Shown: one piece after another, positions 18,283 to 28,775 of the stretch
Layout of the letters: each line of letters starts with the position of its first letter
How positions within the stretch are numbered: position 1 is the stretch's first letter
IMG/VR virus record: IMGVR_UViG_3300000928_002271
Coordinates: 1-58,750 of that record
Origin: a virus
Taxonomy: Duplodnaviria > Caudoviricetes
Strand: one strand, 5' to 3'
DNA length: 58,750 bases
Translations under genes and position numbers: made by a program
Notes under the pieces: generated by a model
The model's database searches: none
Told to the model about the DNA's origin: nothing
What the model saw: the letters and a program-made list of their open reading frames with translations, nothing else

Positions 18283-19542
18283 TTAGTAATTAATTGTTAA
18301 ATCATTGTCGTTTTTTTTACTATTTAACTTATTAATTTGTTGTCTAATATTATAAAGACGTTGATTTTGATCGTAATTATTCATATGATCTAAACGTTTG
18401 ATTTGATCATATTTAGCTTCTAACCTTTGTTTTTCACTCAAAGATAAATTAGATTCTATTTCTTCATCCCAATCTATTCCTTGATCCCATTTAACATAAT
18501 CAGCTAAAAGATCTACATCAACATCATCTAAATCTTTAATTATATCTTCTTCTTCTTCAATTTCTTCAACCATAGAATTAAGAACCTCACTTAGTGCGTG
18601 GTCATCATCCCATTCATCTTCTACTTCCCATTCTTCTTCAGGGATAAAATCTGAAAACTGGTCTTCTTTATTATGTTCTATATTTAAATTCTCAGGTTCA
18701 ACCTGAGGGTTAGGATGTAAAACATCATCTTTTTTAGGGCGTAATTGAGCAAAAGCAAAGTTAGCAGCAATTACTAAAGCAATAGCTAAAGGATCAAATA
18801 CAAAAATAATTACTAAAAGTAACCAGTTAATAATTCTATCCATAGATACCCCTGTTAAATTTGAAAGGTATTTAAGAGGTCCTAATTCACCTGCTAATTC
18901 AGGATCAGTAGAAATTTCTACAATTTCAGTTTCATAACCAAATAATTGTTCATTTAAAATATCTACTTTAGAATTAAGGTCAGTTTGACGAATAATTGCT
19001 TGATCTAATTGTTTTTCTAAAGCTTTACGAGTAGCCGAAGATGTAGTAGTAACAACGTTTCCGTTTTTATCTGTGTATTGGATTACGTTATTAGAAAGTC
19101 CTGCTCTAAGGTCAGATACAGCTTTGTCAATATTTGTTTTTTCTGTATTGTATACTTCTAATTGAGATTTAATATTATCTCTTTTAGTTTCTACTAAAGT
19201 AACTTGGGCTTCTATATTACCCGCTTTACTAGCTGTTTCTTGATATGCTGCTGATAAGAAACCATAAATACCTATTGAAGTAATTAGGATTAATACTGAG
19301 GCAGCAATTGTAAGATAAATACGAAGTAGTTTATTTAATTTACTCCAATATTGGTATAATAAAGAAGCAGTAACTAATTTAGCTACCTCTAAAGAAGTAG
19401 CCATTATAATTACCGCTAATGTAGCTCCAGCAAATAGCTTGCTAAGGCCGCTAACTGAATAGAAAGCGGCCGAAGCAGAGACCGACAGGGCGGAGAGTGC
19501 TATTAATACTGGTAATAAGTAAGATTTAATTTTTTCAAACAT
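18283..19542 (-). CDS. Membrane protein: three N-terminal TM helices, coiled coil, fourth TM, acidic tail
   Basis: Hydrophobic segments, GFLS motif, GPLKYL..IIFVFDPLAI; likely start MFEKI at 19542. Confidence 0.75.
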   Translation of the reverse strand: MFEKIKSYLLPVLIALSALSVSASAAFYSVSGLSKLFAGATLAVIIMATSLEVAKLVTASLLYQYWSKLNKLLRIYLTIAASVLILITSIGIYGFLSAAYQETASKAGNIEAQVTLVETKRDNIKSQLEVYNTEKTNIDKAVSDLRAGLSNNVIQYTDKNGNVVTTTSSATRKALEKQLDQAIIRQTDLNSKVDILNEQLFGYETEIVEISTDPELAGELGPLKYLSNLTGVSMDRIINWLLLVIIFVFDPLAIALVIAANFAFAQLRPKKDDVLHPNPQVEPENLNIEHNKEDQFSDFIPEEEWEVEDEWDDDHALSEVLNSMVEEIEEEEDIIKDLDDVDVDLLADYVKWDQGIDWDEEIESNLSLSEKQRLEAKYDQIKRLDHMNNYDQNQRLYNIRQQINKLNSKKNDNDLTINY

Positions 19543-20419
19543 AGTTACTAAAATATCGTTCCCCTCTATCACATAAAATAGTGATAGCGTTTTTCATATT
19601 ATTATCTGCTAACCATTGGAATGATCCCCTAACATTAGCACCTGCTGAGATGCCTAGGAACAAACCTCGTGTCTTTGATAAATATTTAGAGTGTTCGATA
19701 GCACACTCTGTGGGAATGATAATAACCTCATCTACGAAATCCAAGTCTACTAAAAACTTGCTTCCATCTCCTATACCTTGAATACCGTGAATACCGGGGG
19801 AACCACCACTCATAACAGGTGATTCAGCAGGTTCTATAGCAATAATTTTTATATCTGGGAATATTTCTTTAAGGCGTTTACCAGCTCCCATTAAAGTTCC
19901 TCCTGTGCCTGTACCTAAAATAAAGGCATCTGGTTTGAAATTATTTTCAATACATTGTTTAACTAACTCTGCTCCTGTGGTTTTATAGTGAGCATCTACA
20001 TTCCATTGACTATGGAATTGGTTACCATTAAACCAACCATTTTCCTTACATAGACGATCTCGAGTAGCAATAGCTAAATCAAAGTTTCCAGCTTCAACTT
20101 CTACAAGTTCAGCACCATAAACTTTAAACATTTTTTTACGCTCTTCACTCATATTAGAAGGCATAACAATTACACACTTGTAACCTAAATTAGCAGCAAA
20201 CATAGCAAATGCTATACCTGTATTACCTGAAGTAGCTTCACAAATAGTATTACCAGGTTGTAATGAACCTTCTAATTCAGCTTGTTGAATAATGTAAGAA
20301 ACAGGACGATCTTTAACAGATCCACCTGGGTTCATAAATTCGGCTTTACCCCAAACTGTATATTGAGATTCGGAAATGGGTAATAATGGAGTATTACCCA
20401 CTTGAGAAATTAAATTCAT
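19535..20419 (-). CDS. cysK: Cysteine synthase (PLP-dependent O-acetylserine sulfhydrylase)
   Basis: VGNTPL, KAEFMNPGGSVKDR, EATSGNTG, GTGTGGT, IQGIG, CDRGERY. Confidence 0.93.
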   Translation of the reverse strand: MNLISQVGNTPLLPISESQYTVWGKAEFMNPGGSVKDRPVSYIIQQAELEGSLQPGNTICEATSGNTGIAFAMFAANLGYKCVIVMPSNMSEERKKMFKVYGAELVEVEAGNFDLAIATRDRLCKENGWFNGNQFHSQWNVDAHYKTTGAELVKQCIENNFKPDAFILGTGTGGTLMGAGKRLKEIFPDIKIIAIEPAESPVMSGGSPGIHGIQGIGDGSKFLVDLDFVDEVIIIPTECAIEHSKYLSKTRGLFLGISAGANVRGSFQWLADNNMKNAITILCDRGERYFSNYV

Positions 20420-20436
20420 AACTTTTTTATATTATA

Positions 20437-21054
20437 TTATTTTTTATTGTTTAGGTAATTTGTTAGTAAAGTACCTACAACTCCTACTTTTTGACGAATA
20501 TAAATCCATTCGTCTTTAGCTAATTTGTGTTCTTTATCGTAAGCAATAGCCATTACTCCAATCAAATGATTTTCTAAGCTATATAAACCTACTAAATAAA
20601 ATGATTTTGTTCCATATTCACTTGATACACCTGCTAAATCATAGGTTTCATTTCCATCAGCATAACTAGGAATAGCTAATTCTCCTTCTTTATAAAGAGT
20701 AGAAAGTGCTTTTGGGAATGCTGAGCAAGGAACGTTTTGAAATGCTTGTTGGATTCTTTGAGCTTGTGGAGCTGTTTTTTCGTAGAAAATAGAAAACTTT
20801 TGGATTGATTTACCTGTTGGATAAAAATGACCTCCATTATGGAATTGAGCTACCCATACTCTATCACAATTAAGGTAATTAAGGATAATTTCGAGCTGGG
20901 TATCTACCATCTCATTCATCTCTATTGCCTCGTGAATAGGGGTTTTTCTAGGTTTAGTTTTAAAATAATTTCTAGCCCACTCGACTGCTATTGGTCCGAA
21001 AACTGCCGTTATAAGGGCAACCAAAATAGTCGTCAACATCATTAAAAAATCCAT
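20437..21054 (-). CDS. Single-TM + GAF-like domain protein, candidate holin
   Basis: N-terminal TM, then LNCDRVWVAQFHNG...IGVMAI (GAF-like); adjacent to the endolysin. Confidence 0.55.
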   Translation of the reverse strand: MDFLMMLTTILVALITAVFGPIAVEWARNYFKTKPRKTPIHEAIEMNEMVDTQLEIILNYLNCDRVWVAQFHNGGHFYPTGKSIQKFSIFYEKTAPQAQRIQQAFQNVPCSAFPKALSTLYKEGELAIPSYADGNETYDLAGVSSEYGTKSFYLVGLYSLENHLIGVMAIAYDKEHKLAKDEWIYIRQKVGVVGTLLTNYLNNKK

Positions 21055-21063
21055 AATATGGAA

Positions 21064-21531
21064 TTAGTTATAAGGTTCGTAATAAGTTTTACCTGCTAAG
21101 TTTCTCTTAGCTTTTAGTATCTGTCCTCTTTGTTTTCCAGAGACAGAATAAGAAACGTGCACCCAATCAGGTGCCTTATCAGAGCCAAATTCCCAAATTA
21201 ATTGATCGAATGGGAGATTATCTTTAATGTAATTAAAAATTTCTGCGTTAGTTGGAGAACCTTTACCGTCCATATCGATATCTATAGCTTCACCTTTACA
21301 ATGTTGGGATTTTTTAGCCCCACCAATTGCTTTATTTAAAGCAGCACTACGATAGCCTGAGGATACCCAAATTGGGGATCCAAAATGTTCACGAATAGGT
21401 TGGAAAATATTTTCAGCAAGAGTTTTCAACGCCACCAAATGTTCTTCGGTAGGTTGATTACTAATACCTTTTCTTTTTGCTGTATTTGAATTGGTAACTT
21501 CTGTCAGTGACAAATTTTTCGAAAGCTGCAT
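21064..21531 (-). CDS. Endolysin, peptidase M15 family
   Basis: SSGYRS..LN.AIGG..KSQHCKGEAIDI and WVHVSY zinc-ligand motifs. Confidence 0.9.
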   Translation of the reverse strand: MQLSKNLSLTEVTNSNTAKRKGISNQPTEEHLVALKTLAENIFQPIREHFGSPIWVSSGYRSAALNKAIGGAKKSQHCKGEAIDIDMDGKGSPTNAEIFNYIKDNLPFDQLIWEFGSDKAPDWVHVSYSVSGKQRGQILKAKRNLAGKTYYEPYN

Positions 21532-21538
21532 ATAAAAT

Positions 21539-21769
21539 TTACTTGCTTTTAAAATGTTCTATAGTTGTAAAACCTAACCCTGCTCCTACTAAATATAACA
21601 TCCCATTAAATACATAATCTTTTAACGGAATTTCGAAAAAAATATTACAAATAAATGCGACAGCACATAAAACAAAGGCAGTGAAGGTAATAACCCTTCT
21701 AGAGCTTACACCCTCACCATCAGGATTACCCGAAAGCATTAATTTAAAAAAATGGGCGATTTTACTCAT
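21539..21769 (-). CDS. Small two-TM membrane protein, candidate holin
   Basis: SSRR followed by two hydrophobic helices; directly upstream of the endolysin. Confidence 0.6.
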   Translation of the reverse strand: MSKIAHFFKLMLSGNPDGEGVSSRRVITFTAFVLCAVAFICNIFFEIPLKDYVFNGMLYLVGAGLGFTTIEHFKSK

Positions 21770-21791
21770 AATCAGGTTTGACTATACATAT

Positions 21792-21820
21792 AAAAAAGAG
21801 GGGTAAAATATACCCCTCTT
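21792..21820 (-). terminator. Rho-independent terminator
   Basis: 10-bp stem AAGAGGGGTA/TACCCCTCTT, 5-nt loop, T-run on the minus strand. Confidence 0.8.
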
Positions 21821-21843
21821 AATTAATTATAGATAGAATTTTC

Positions 21844-22044
21844 TTATTTTTTAAAGAAATTTTTTACTAAATCCCAATTACGTGTAGCAAATACACCAAA
21901 TGCGAATCCAGCATAAACTTTGTAACCAAAGGCCCAAAGGAATAATCCAACGATTAAACCTAATACACCTTCTACTCCATTAGCTACTACCCAACCTTTA
22001 ACGATTGCATAGATTTTTTTGATAAAGTCTAATACTTTTTTCAT
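21844..22044 (-). CDS. Small membrane protein
   Basis: 66 aa hydrophobic hairpin with its own late-type promoter motif and terminator. Confidence 0.7.
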   Translation of the reverse strand: MKKVLDFIKKIYAIVKGWVVANGVEGVLGLIVGLFLWAFGYKVYAGFAFGVFATRNWDLVKNFFKK

Positions 22045-22068
22045 AATAAATTTATTTTAGTTATTAAT

Positions 22069-22077
22069 TATAAATAT
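22069..22077 (-). promoter_or_regulatory. Putative late promoter ATATTTATA
   Basis: Same motif lies 13-32 nt upstream of several structural genes. Confidence 0.6.
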
Positions 22078-22082
22078 TAGTT

Positions 22083-23792
22083 CTATCCGTCACAGCTAAT
22101 ACAATCTACAGTGCGTGAACCTAAATCACCTTTAATTACAGAATCTGTGCGGAGATAATATAGGGTTTTAATACCTAATTTATGAGCTTCCATATGTACC
22201 TGATTAATCCATTTTGGTGAATCTGTTGGGTCAAATGATAAATTTAATGATTGGGTTTGGTCAATATAACGTTGACGAATTGCTGCTTGTTGAACTAGAC
22301 CTAATTGGTTAATCTCAGGGAATGTTAAAAATACTTCTTTTTCGTCCTCAGTTAGTACATCATGGGGTAAATTAGCTACAGAGCCATTGTCTGCTAGGAT
22401 TTGGTCCCAATATTTATTTTCATTTTTACCTTTAGATTCAAGTAATCTTTCTAATTCAGGATTTTTAACAATAAATGTTCCTTTAGCACCATTAAATACA
22501 TAAACGTTTGCTGGTTGAGGTTCAATACCTGCTGAACATGAATTGATACGTGAATTAGAAACTGTAGGAGCAATTGCTAACAAGTGTGTATTACGCATAC
22601 CTGTTCCCTTACACCATAACGGTTCACCATACTCTAAAGCTAGTTTACGAGAAGCAGCTTCAGCTTGTAATTTAATTTGGCTAAAAATAGTATGTGTCCA
22701 AGCAGTAGAGGCAATTGAATTAAATGGTAAATCCTTTTGTTGAAGGAATGTGTGCCAACCCATTACACCTAAACCTAATGCTCTACCTTTTTTAGCATGT
22801 CTATGTGAACGAATCATCGAATCCTTACCATTAGTTTTCTGGATGAATTCTTCCATAATCCCATCTAAAATGTAAACCAATGTTTCTACAACATCTGTAT
22901 TTTTCCACTCATCATACTTAGCTAAGTTCAATGAAGACAAACAACAAATAAATGAGTGTTCCTCATCTGTATGAAGTGTAATCTCAGTACAGATATTAGT
23001 CATTGAAACATCTAGATTATTCATACGATATGCCAAAGGATTATCTTTATTGATATTGTCCTTAAACATTACATAGGGTTCTCCGGTTTCTACGCGGGAT
23101 TTAAGTATTTCAAGCCATAAACCCATAGCCTCGCTGTCGCGATCATTTAGGCGCTTCATAAACGCGTCATCTACAACTACACATTGATGTAGATTCAAAC
23201 ATTGTCTGTTTGGATCACCCTTAGGACGACGAATTTGTAAAAATTCTTTAATATCTGGGTGGTTAATATCTAAGTTTACTGAAGCAGCTCCTCTACGAAC
23301 TGAACCCTGGTTAGTAGCAATGATGGTTGAATCATAGATTTTAGCCCAAGGTACTACACCTTCAGATTTACCATTTCCTGTGATGTGTTCACCACGTCCT
23401 CTAATTCGGCTAAGGGATATACCCACGCCTCCCCCATAACTAGTAAGGCGCATAAGTTCTGCGTTAGTGAGTCCAATACCACGGATTGAATCCGGAGTAT
23501 CAATACCGAAACAACTAATAGGCAAACCCCGATCAGTACCAGTGTTACTGAGAACAGGAGAGGCAAGACCAATCCATCCATTCCAAATGTATTTAAAAAA
23601 TTTATTTTCTAGATCTGGGCGATTTAGACGCATCGCAACAGCGTGTGCTACTCTTTTATAAGCTTTACGAGGTGTTTCTCCAGGTAGTAAATAACCTTTT
23701 GAAATTGTAGACAAAGCTACATCATCCATGTATTCAGGAAAGTCTTTACCACGTTCCCAAGTTGTGTAATCTGCTACTAAATTATTATCCAT
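22083..23792 (-). CDS. nrdA: Ribonucleotide reductase class I alpha subunit (no ATP cone)
   Basis: ASPVLSN, PISCF, GGGVG, TNICTEI, LAIAPTVS, KTLYY, C-terminal CISCDG. Confidence 0.96.
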   Translation of the reverse strand: MDNNLVADYTTWERGKDFPEYMDDVALSTISKGYLLPGETPRKAYKRVAHAVAMRLNRPDLENKFFKYIWNGWIGLASPVLSNTGTDRGLPISCFGIDTPDSIRGIGLTNAELMRLTSYGGGVGISLSRIRGRGEHITGNGKSEGVVPWAKIYDSTIIATNQGSVRRGAASVNLDINHPDIKEFLQIRRPKGDPNRQCLNLHQCVVVDDAFMKRLNDRDSEAMGLWLEILKSRVETGEPYVMFKDNINKDNPLAYRMNNLDVSMTNICTEITLHTDEEHSFICCLSSLNLAKYDEWKNTDVVETLVYILDGIMEEFIQKTNGKDSMIRSHRHAKKGRALGLGVMGWHTFLQQKDLPFNSIASTAWTHTIFSQIKLQAEAASRKLALEYGEPLWCKGTGMRNTHLLAIAPTVSNSRINSCSAGIEPQPANVYVFNGAKGTFIVKNPELERLLESKGKNENKYWDQILADNGSVANLPHDVLTEDEKEVFLTFPEINQLGLVQQAAIRQRYIDQTQSLNLSFDPTDSPKWINQVHMEAHKLGIKTLYYLRTDSVIKGDLGSRTVDCISCDG

Positions 23793-25378
23793 TATTTATT
23801 TATTGTTAAGTCTCCTGTGTATGTTAAATATACATCTGTTGGTTCAAAATAAAGATTAGCTACATAAAAGTAAACTCCATCCGAAACATCTAATCTCCCA
23901 CCAAAATCATTTTTATAATCATTGTTATAATATACAACATTTCCCCAACGATTCAAAATTGTAAGTTCAATTTGGGTAAATAACTCACCATCTTGAATTG
24001 TAAAATAATCATTAATTCCATCCTCATTAGGTGTTATTACATTGGGAAAAATTGGAGTAGGTGTTTCAATAACGACTGGGGGGATAGGTTCACCACCATA
24101 AGGAATATCAGGTAGTTCTCCTGGGGGTGGAGGCGGTGGGCATTTGCCTACTAATATTACAATAGTATCAAACTCAGCCATAGGTAAACCACATTTATTG
24201 ATTAGCGTGTTACCATCCATTCCTTTTTTAGAATATAAATAGTATCTACCTTCTTGTAACCCATTTAAAAATTGAACTTCTAATGAGTCAGTTTCTTCGT
24301 TTACATTACAATTAGCAACAATGTTAGTAATAGGCATGGGCTGTCCATTTGGAGCTGTAATTCTAAAATCTTGTTGGTTAACTGAGTAGCAATCTAAAGC
24401 AATATGAAATTTTAATGTAACTGATGTTGCTCCACATCCAATATAGATTGCTGGGTGTGTTGTTAAAGTATCTTGGGCATACACAGCTGTATCAAATTGA
24501 ACCCCAGACATAGCTGTTAGGTTACAAATAGCTGAAATACTAACCATCATATCTCTAGAAGAGCTACCTACTTTAAACCAGTAACCCCAAGTTGAATCAT
24601 ACCTATATTCCTCAACTAAAACAGATAATACATCAATTTCTTGGTTAGTTGGGAGGAATGAAATTAAACCTGTATTAGGATTAATGTTAAAATAGGTTGA
24701 GGTAATAGGTTGTTGAGCAGTCCAACCCGCGTCAAATGGGATATCTACTTGATTTGGGTATGCGTTTTCTCTACAATTAATAAGAGAATATACTACTGAG
24801 TCACCATCAGCTTCAACAGTGCTCTGTTTCCAATTAAATGGGTTACCTACACAGAATGCTCTAACTGGTTCACTAACAAAGATTGGGGATGAATTTTGGC
24901 CTTGAGAAGCATTATCTAATAAAGCATCAAAATAAAACCCATCAGCTCCAGAACCATTTGACGTATTAATATTTGTAATCCCCCCAGGTCGGCAACAATT
25001 AGAATACCAAAATCTATAAGTACTACAATTACCAGGTAATGTTACATACCCAATATATAGATAAATTTCTAATGTTTTAGTAGAGGGTCCTGGGTTAACA
25101 CAATCAAATAAAGTTGGGGATACAATGCCTGAACCTGCTTGTAAGGTCATTGATACGTTTATATTAGAGTAGCAATTAGAGCTTACTGTAACATTTTCAG
25201 TAGCAGGCATTCCAATACCTGTAATATCACGATAAACACGTAAAATTACTTTATATTGACGAGCAACACCTGTTGAGTCACCAATATAACGATATTGGAT
25301 GTCACCCCCAGAGAGGTGACTTCCAAACATCGAAAATGCTGATAATAAAAGTAGTATTAAAAAATACTTTCGTCCCAT
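23792..25378 (-). CDS. Exported protein with gliding-motility-associated (T9SS type B) C-terminal domain
   Basis: Signal peptide, SHLSGGDIQY start, CCR and NSSP.F motifs, Pro-rich linker, C-terminal FPNVITPNEDGINDYF...ILNRWGNVVY...GVYFY...GDLTI. Confidence 0.88.
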   Translation of the reverse strand: MGRKYFLILLLLSAFSMFGSHLSGGDIQYRYIGDSTGVARQYKVILRVYRDITGIGMPATENVTVSSNCYSNINVSMTLQAGSGIVSPTLFDCVNPGPSTKTLEIYLYIGYVTLPGNCSTYRFWYSNCCRPGGITNINTSNGSGADGFYFDALLDNASQGQNSSPIFVSEPVRAFCVGNPFNWKQSTVEADGDSVVYSLINCRENAYPNQVDIPFDAGWTAQQPITSTYFNINPNTGLISFLPTNQEIDVLSVLVEEYRYDSTWGYWFKVGSSSRDMMVSISAICNLTAMSGVQFDTAVYAQDTLTTHPAIYIGCGATSVTLKFHIALDCYSVNQQDFRITAPNGQPMPITNIVANCNVNEETDSLEVQFLNGLQEGRYYLYSKKGMDGNTLINKCGLPMAEFDTIVILVGKCPPPPPPGELPDIPYGGEPIPPVVIETPTPIFPNVITPNEDGINDYFTIQDGELFTQIELTILNRWGNVVYYNNDYKNDFGGRLDVSDGVYFYVANLYFEPTDVYLTYTGDLTINK

Positions 25379-26340
25379 GTTAAATGACCTTTTGAATAAT
25401 TAGTTACGCGATTTGCAAAGAAGTCTGTATGTTGTTTACCTGCTGAGAGGTGGTCAAACCACTTCATTCTTTCTACAGCTGTTACATCAATATTGCCAAT
25501 AATTCCTTTATAACCTAAATCACCTAATTTAGTGTTAATTCGGTTTTTAATAAAGTGTTCTAAATCGTATTGATTACAACCTTCTAAATCACCTAATGAA
25601 TAACATTTACGAATAAAATCCAATTCAAGTTGAAGTGATAACAAAGCAGCTTCATTAATAGCAGCTTCTAGTTCTGGGGTTTTTAGTTCTGGGTTTTCAT
25701 TAACCAATGTTCTAAATAACCAGCAGCCTGCTTCGGAGTGCAATGATTCGTCTCTAATAGACCATTCAACAATTTGACCCACTCCCTTAAGCTTGTTTCG
25801 CATCTTGAAAGATAAGAGGACGGCGAAGGAAGAGAATAAATTAACTCCCTCGGTAAATGCCGAGAATATAGCGAGTGATTTAGCAATTTCGTGGAGATTT
25901 TTTTCGCCATTAAAACTATCCCTAACAGCAGTAAGGTTTTCAATTTTAGCCATCGTAGCCTCATCCTCCATAAATTCGGCAAAATTTTCAAGTCCAAGTG
26001 TTTCATTTAATAGTGAATATGCTTCGGCGTGGATTGTTTCAAATGCGCCAAAGGTTGTAGCCATCATAATAACTTCTGGTTTGCGGAACCACTTTGTTAC
26101 TAATCCTGACCAGTAATCATTTACAACAGTTTCAGTTTGGGCAAATCCCTTAAGAATCGAGCCAATAATATTTTTTTCGGTTTCATTCAAATTTGAATTC
26201 CAGTCTGTTAAATCCGACATCATAGGAACTTCAGTATGTAACCAGTGTGCTTGTTGCTGTTTTAACCAGTAATCTGCAGCTTCTTGATACTCGAATGGTT
26301 TATAGACGACGCGTTCCTGCAAAAGGTTTTTCTTTGCCAT
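25357..26340 (-). CDS. nrdB: Ribonucleotide reductase class I beta subunit
   Basis: FETIHAEAY, FTEGVNLFSSF, IRDESLH, TDFFA. Confidence 0.96.
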   Translation of the reverse strand: MAKKNLLQERVVYKPFEYQEAADYWLKQQQAHWLHTEVPMMSDLTDWNSNLNETEKNIIGSILKGFAQTETVVNDYWSGLVTKWFRKPEVIMMATTFGAFETIHAEAYSLLNETLGLENFAEFMEDEATMAKIENLTAVRDSFNGEKNLHEIAKSLAIFSAFTEGVNLFSSFAVLLSFKMRNKLKGVGQIVEWSIRDESLHSEAGCWLFRTLVNENPELKTPELEAAINEAALLSLQLELDFIRKCYSLGDLEGCNQYDLEHFIKNRINTKLGDLGYKGIIGNIDVTAVERMKWFDHLSAGKQHTDFFANRVTNYSKGHLTWDESIF

Positions 26341-26358
26341 TTCTTGTTAATTAGTAAA

Positions 26359-27735
26359 TTAGGAATTCATAAGATGGTTATAAATACCACCTAAATTTTT
26401 CTTCTCAGCCAAATTAAAGTTATCTGTAATTGGGCTATTGTTTGTATTTGATTCAGATGAACCTGCTAGATCTTCAAATTCAGATTCACTAACTAAATCA
26501 AATTGACCGATTGCGATATTAATGTATGCTCCATAAGTTAGTCCATCCATTCCGTATCGGTTTTTCATAATGTGGAATCTTCCAACTCCAGTTTGTTTTT
26601 CTTTTGCTCTACGACTGATTGAAGCACAGAAATCTGTAATCATCATTTTGTCATAGGAGCCCGCTGCTTTGTGTCCTTCAATGATCTCATCTTGAGCACC
26701 TTGGCGGTTAACCTGTGATGCAGACCAAATCGGAATATCTAGCTCGCGGGCCAATCCTTTTGTGCTAGTATAAATATCATCAATTTCGTCCTTACGCTCA
26801 CGATTCGTTTTCTTTGATCGAAGAAGGTCAACATAGTCAATAACAACCATATCAATTTTAGTTCCTAAATCCTCACACTTTTGAATATGGGATTCGATGG
26901 TTGATATGGTAGCTTTACCAGGAGAGAAACCTTTAATAATTAAATTTCCTGGGAGCTTAGTCATAACTTCTTCAACCTTATCCTTATGAAACATGATTTC
27001 ATTGGCAGGAATTTTAGTAAAGTAAGCATCAAAACGACGTCCTACATAATCTTCACCCAATTCTAGAGTATAGTAAACTACATTAAATCCCATTTTAACA
27101 GCATTACCTGCTAGTGCTACTAAGCTCCAAGATTTGCCACCTCCAGGACCACCAAATATAAGACCAAAATCTCCGTTTCCGAGGCCACCTTGAAGTAGGT
27201 CGTTAAATTCGGTCCAAGGAGTTGGAACAGTATTTCGATGTTCTTGTCTATAGCGAGTTTCAATGTCTTTAATGTATTCATGTCCAATATTTTTATCCAT
27301 TCCTGCTTTTAAAGCATTATCGATCAAACCACGAATTGAATCGTAATCCTCAGCCTTAAGTAAATCCACGCTATTAAGTAGTGCTTTTTTAAGTTGTTGG
27401 TTTTTACAAAACGCTGAGAATTCGGATTCAATATATTCTGAATCTGAAGATGTAATTTTATATGCTTCACGGAGTTGTTCTCTAATGGAGACTTTTAATA
27501 CATCATTAGTAACTTTTTCGTATTCAGATTTTAAAACTTCAGGAGTGGGAGTTGTATGGTAATTATCATAATACTTTAAAATATTATCAATAATCCATTT
27601 ATGTGCTTGGTTGTCAAAATATCCTGATTCTAGGATATCGTGGATGTTTGTTAGAAACTCTTTACGCTCAAGAAGTGAGTGAATCACTTTTATTTGAAAT
27701 GCGGGGCCGTATTTATTTAATTCACTTAGAGTCAT
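26359..27735 (-). CDS. Replicative helicase (DnaB/T4 gp41-like)
   Basis: GGPGGGKS, YYTLEL, VIDYVDL, WSASQVNR, KNRYG. Confidence 0.93.
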   Translation of the reverse strand: MTLSELNKYGPAFQIKVIHSLLERKEFLTNIHDILESGYFDNQAHKWIIDNILKYYDNYHTTPTPEVLKSEYEKVTNDVLKVSIREQLREAYKITSSDSEYIESEFSAFCKNQQLKKALLNSVDLLKAEDYDSIRGLIDNALKAGMDKNIGHEYIKDIETRYRQEHRNTVPTPWTEFNDLLQGGLGNGDFGLIFGGPGGGKSWSLVALAGNAVKMGFNVVYYTLELGEDYVGRRFDAYFTKIPANEIMFHKDKVEEVMTKLPGNLIIKGFSPGKATISTIESHIQKCEDLGTKIDMVVIDYVDLLRSKKTNRERKDEIDDIYTSTKGLARELDIPIWSASQVNRQGAQDEIIEGHKAAGSYDKMMITDFCASISRRAKEKQTGVGRFHIMKNRYGMDGLTYGAYINIAIGQFDLVSESEFEDLAGSSESNTNNSPITDNFNLAEKKNLGGIYNHLMNS

Positions 27736-28771
27736 CTACAAAACTATTTAATGTTCGAAACTGATTATTAACCCAGAACTCTGGGTTTTTGATTAAATGG
27801 CGTAAACCATCTTCTTGGTAGAATTTAAGGAACATTTTAGCATTTAACACGGGAGAATTTTCTTCAATTTGCTCTTCTATGTATTGCTTTTCTAAGTTAT
27901 CCATCATCGGGTTATGTAAATCCATAATTTGATAATTTTTTCTTAGGTTATCTTCTTCAAATACTACCCGTGAATATATGACATTTTCTTTATATTTCCC
28001 AGCACTAATCTCTAAAATATCATCTAAGGTAAGAACTCGCTCATTTAGTTCAGGAAATAATTTGTGTAGTTTTTTAATACCTAAACCTTTAATTCCCGGA
28101 ACTTTATCTGATGCGTCACCCATTAGCACCTTATATAAAATAAAGTTTTCAGGTAATACACCAAATTTTTCTCTTACAGTATCAGGTGTGTAATAATCCT
28201 TTTCAATAGGACGATACACACAGATTTTAGGACTAGTTAATTGAATAAAATCCTTATCGCTTGATACAATAAACGCACGTGAGTTGTCATTGTTATTTGT
28301 GATAGTCGTCGCTAAATGCGCGATAATATCGTCGGCCTCTACCTTATCGAGTGCTATGGTTTTAATCGGAAGACACTTGAGATAATCAATGAGTCTTACA
28401 ATTTGGTCTACTTTAGCATCGTGTTCGTCTCCAACATCATCAAAAATCTCCCAGTTAGTAATACGAGATTGGTGACGGCCAGCCTTGTATTCTGAAAGGA
28501 CATTTTTACGATTCATAGAAGAATTTTCTCCATCAAAAATCACATACATTGATGTTGGCTCAATGGCATTTATTAGAGTCCCCAACGAACGGACAAATCC
28601 ACCCAATCCACCTACGTGAACACCATGCTCATTTACAATATTGAGCATTGCGAAGTTCCTAAAAAATAGATTTAGACCGTCAATGAGTAGAACTCTATCA
28701 TGTGGGGAGGAAACGGTGTCATTAACCTCATCCATATTGTTGAGGAGCTCTAATAAATCTTTATGTGCCAT
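27722..28771 (-). CDS. 5'-3' exonuclease / flap endonuclease (T4 RNase H-like)
   Basis: LIDGLN, FDG, EYKAGR, EADDII, SSDKDF, GDASDKVPGIKGLG. Confidence 0.93.
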   Translation of the reverse strand: MAHKDLLELLNNMDEVNDTVSSPHDRVLLIDGLNLFFRNFAMLNIVNEHGVHVGGLGGFVRSLGTLINAIEPTSMYVIFDGENSSMNRKNVLSEYKAGRHQSRITNWEIFDDVGDEHDAKVDQIVRLIDYLKCLPIKTIALDKVEADDIIAHLATTITNNNDNSRAFIVSSDKDFIQLTSPKICVYRPIEKDYYTPDTVREKFGVLPENFILYKVLMGDASDKVPGIKGLGIKKLHKLFPELNERVLTLDDILEISAGKYKENVIYSRVVFEEDNLRKNYQIMDLHNPMMDNLEKQYIEEQIEENSPVLNAKMFLKFYQEDGLRHLIKNPEFWVNNQFRTLNSFVDDSK

Positions 28772-28775
28772 AATT

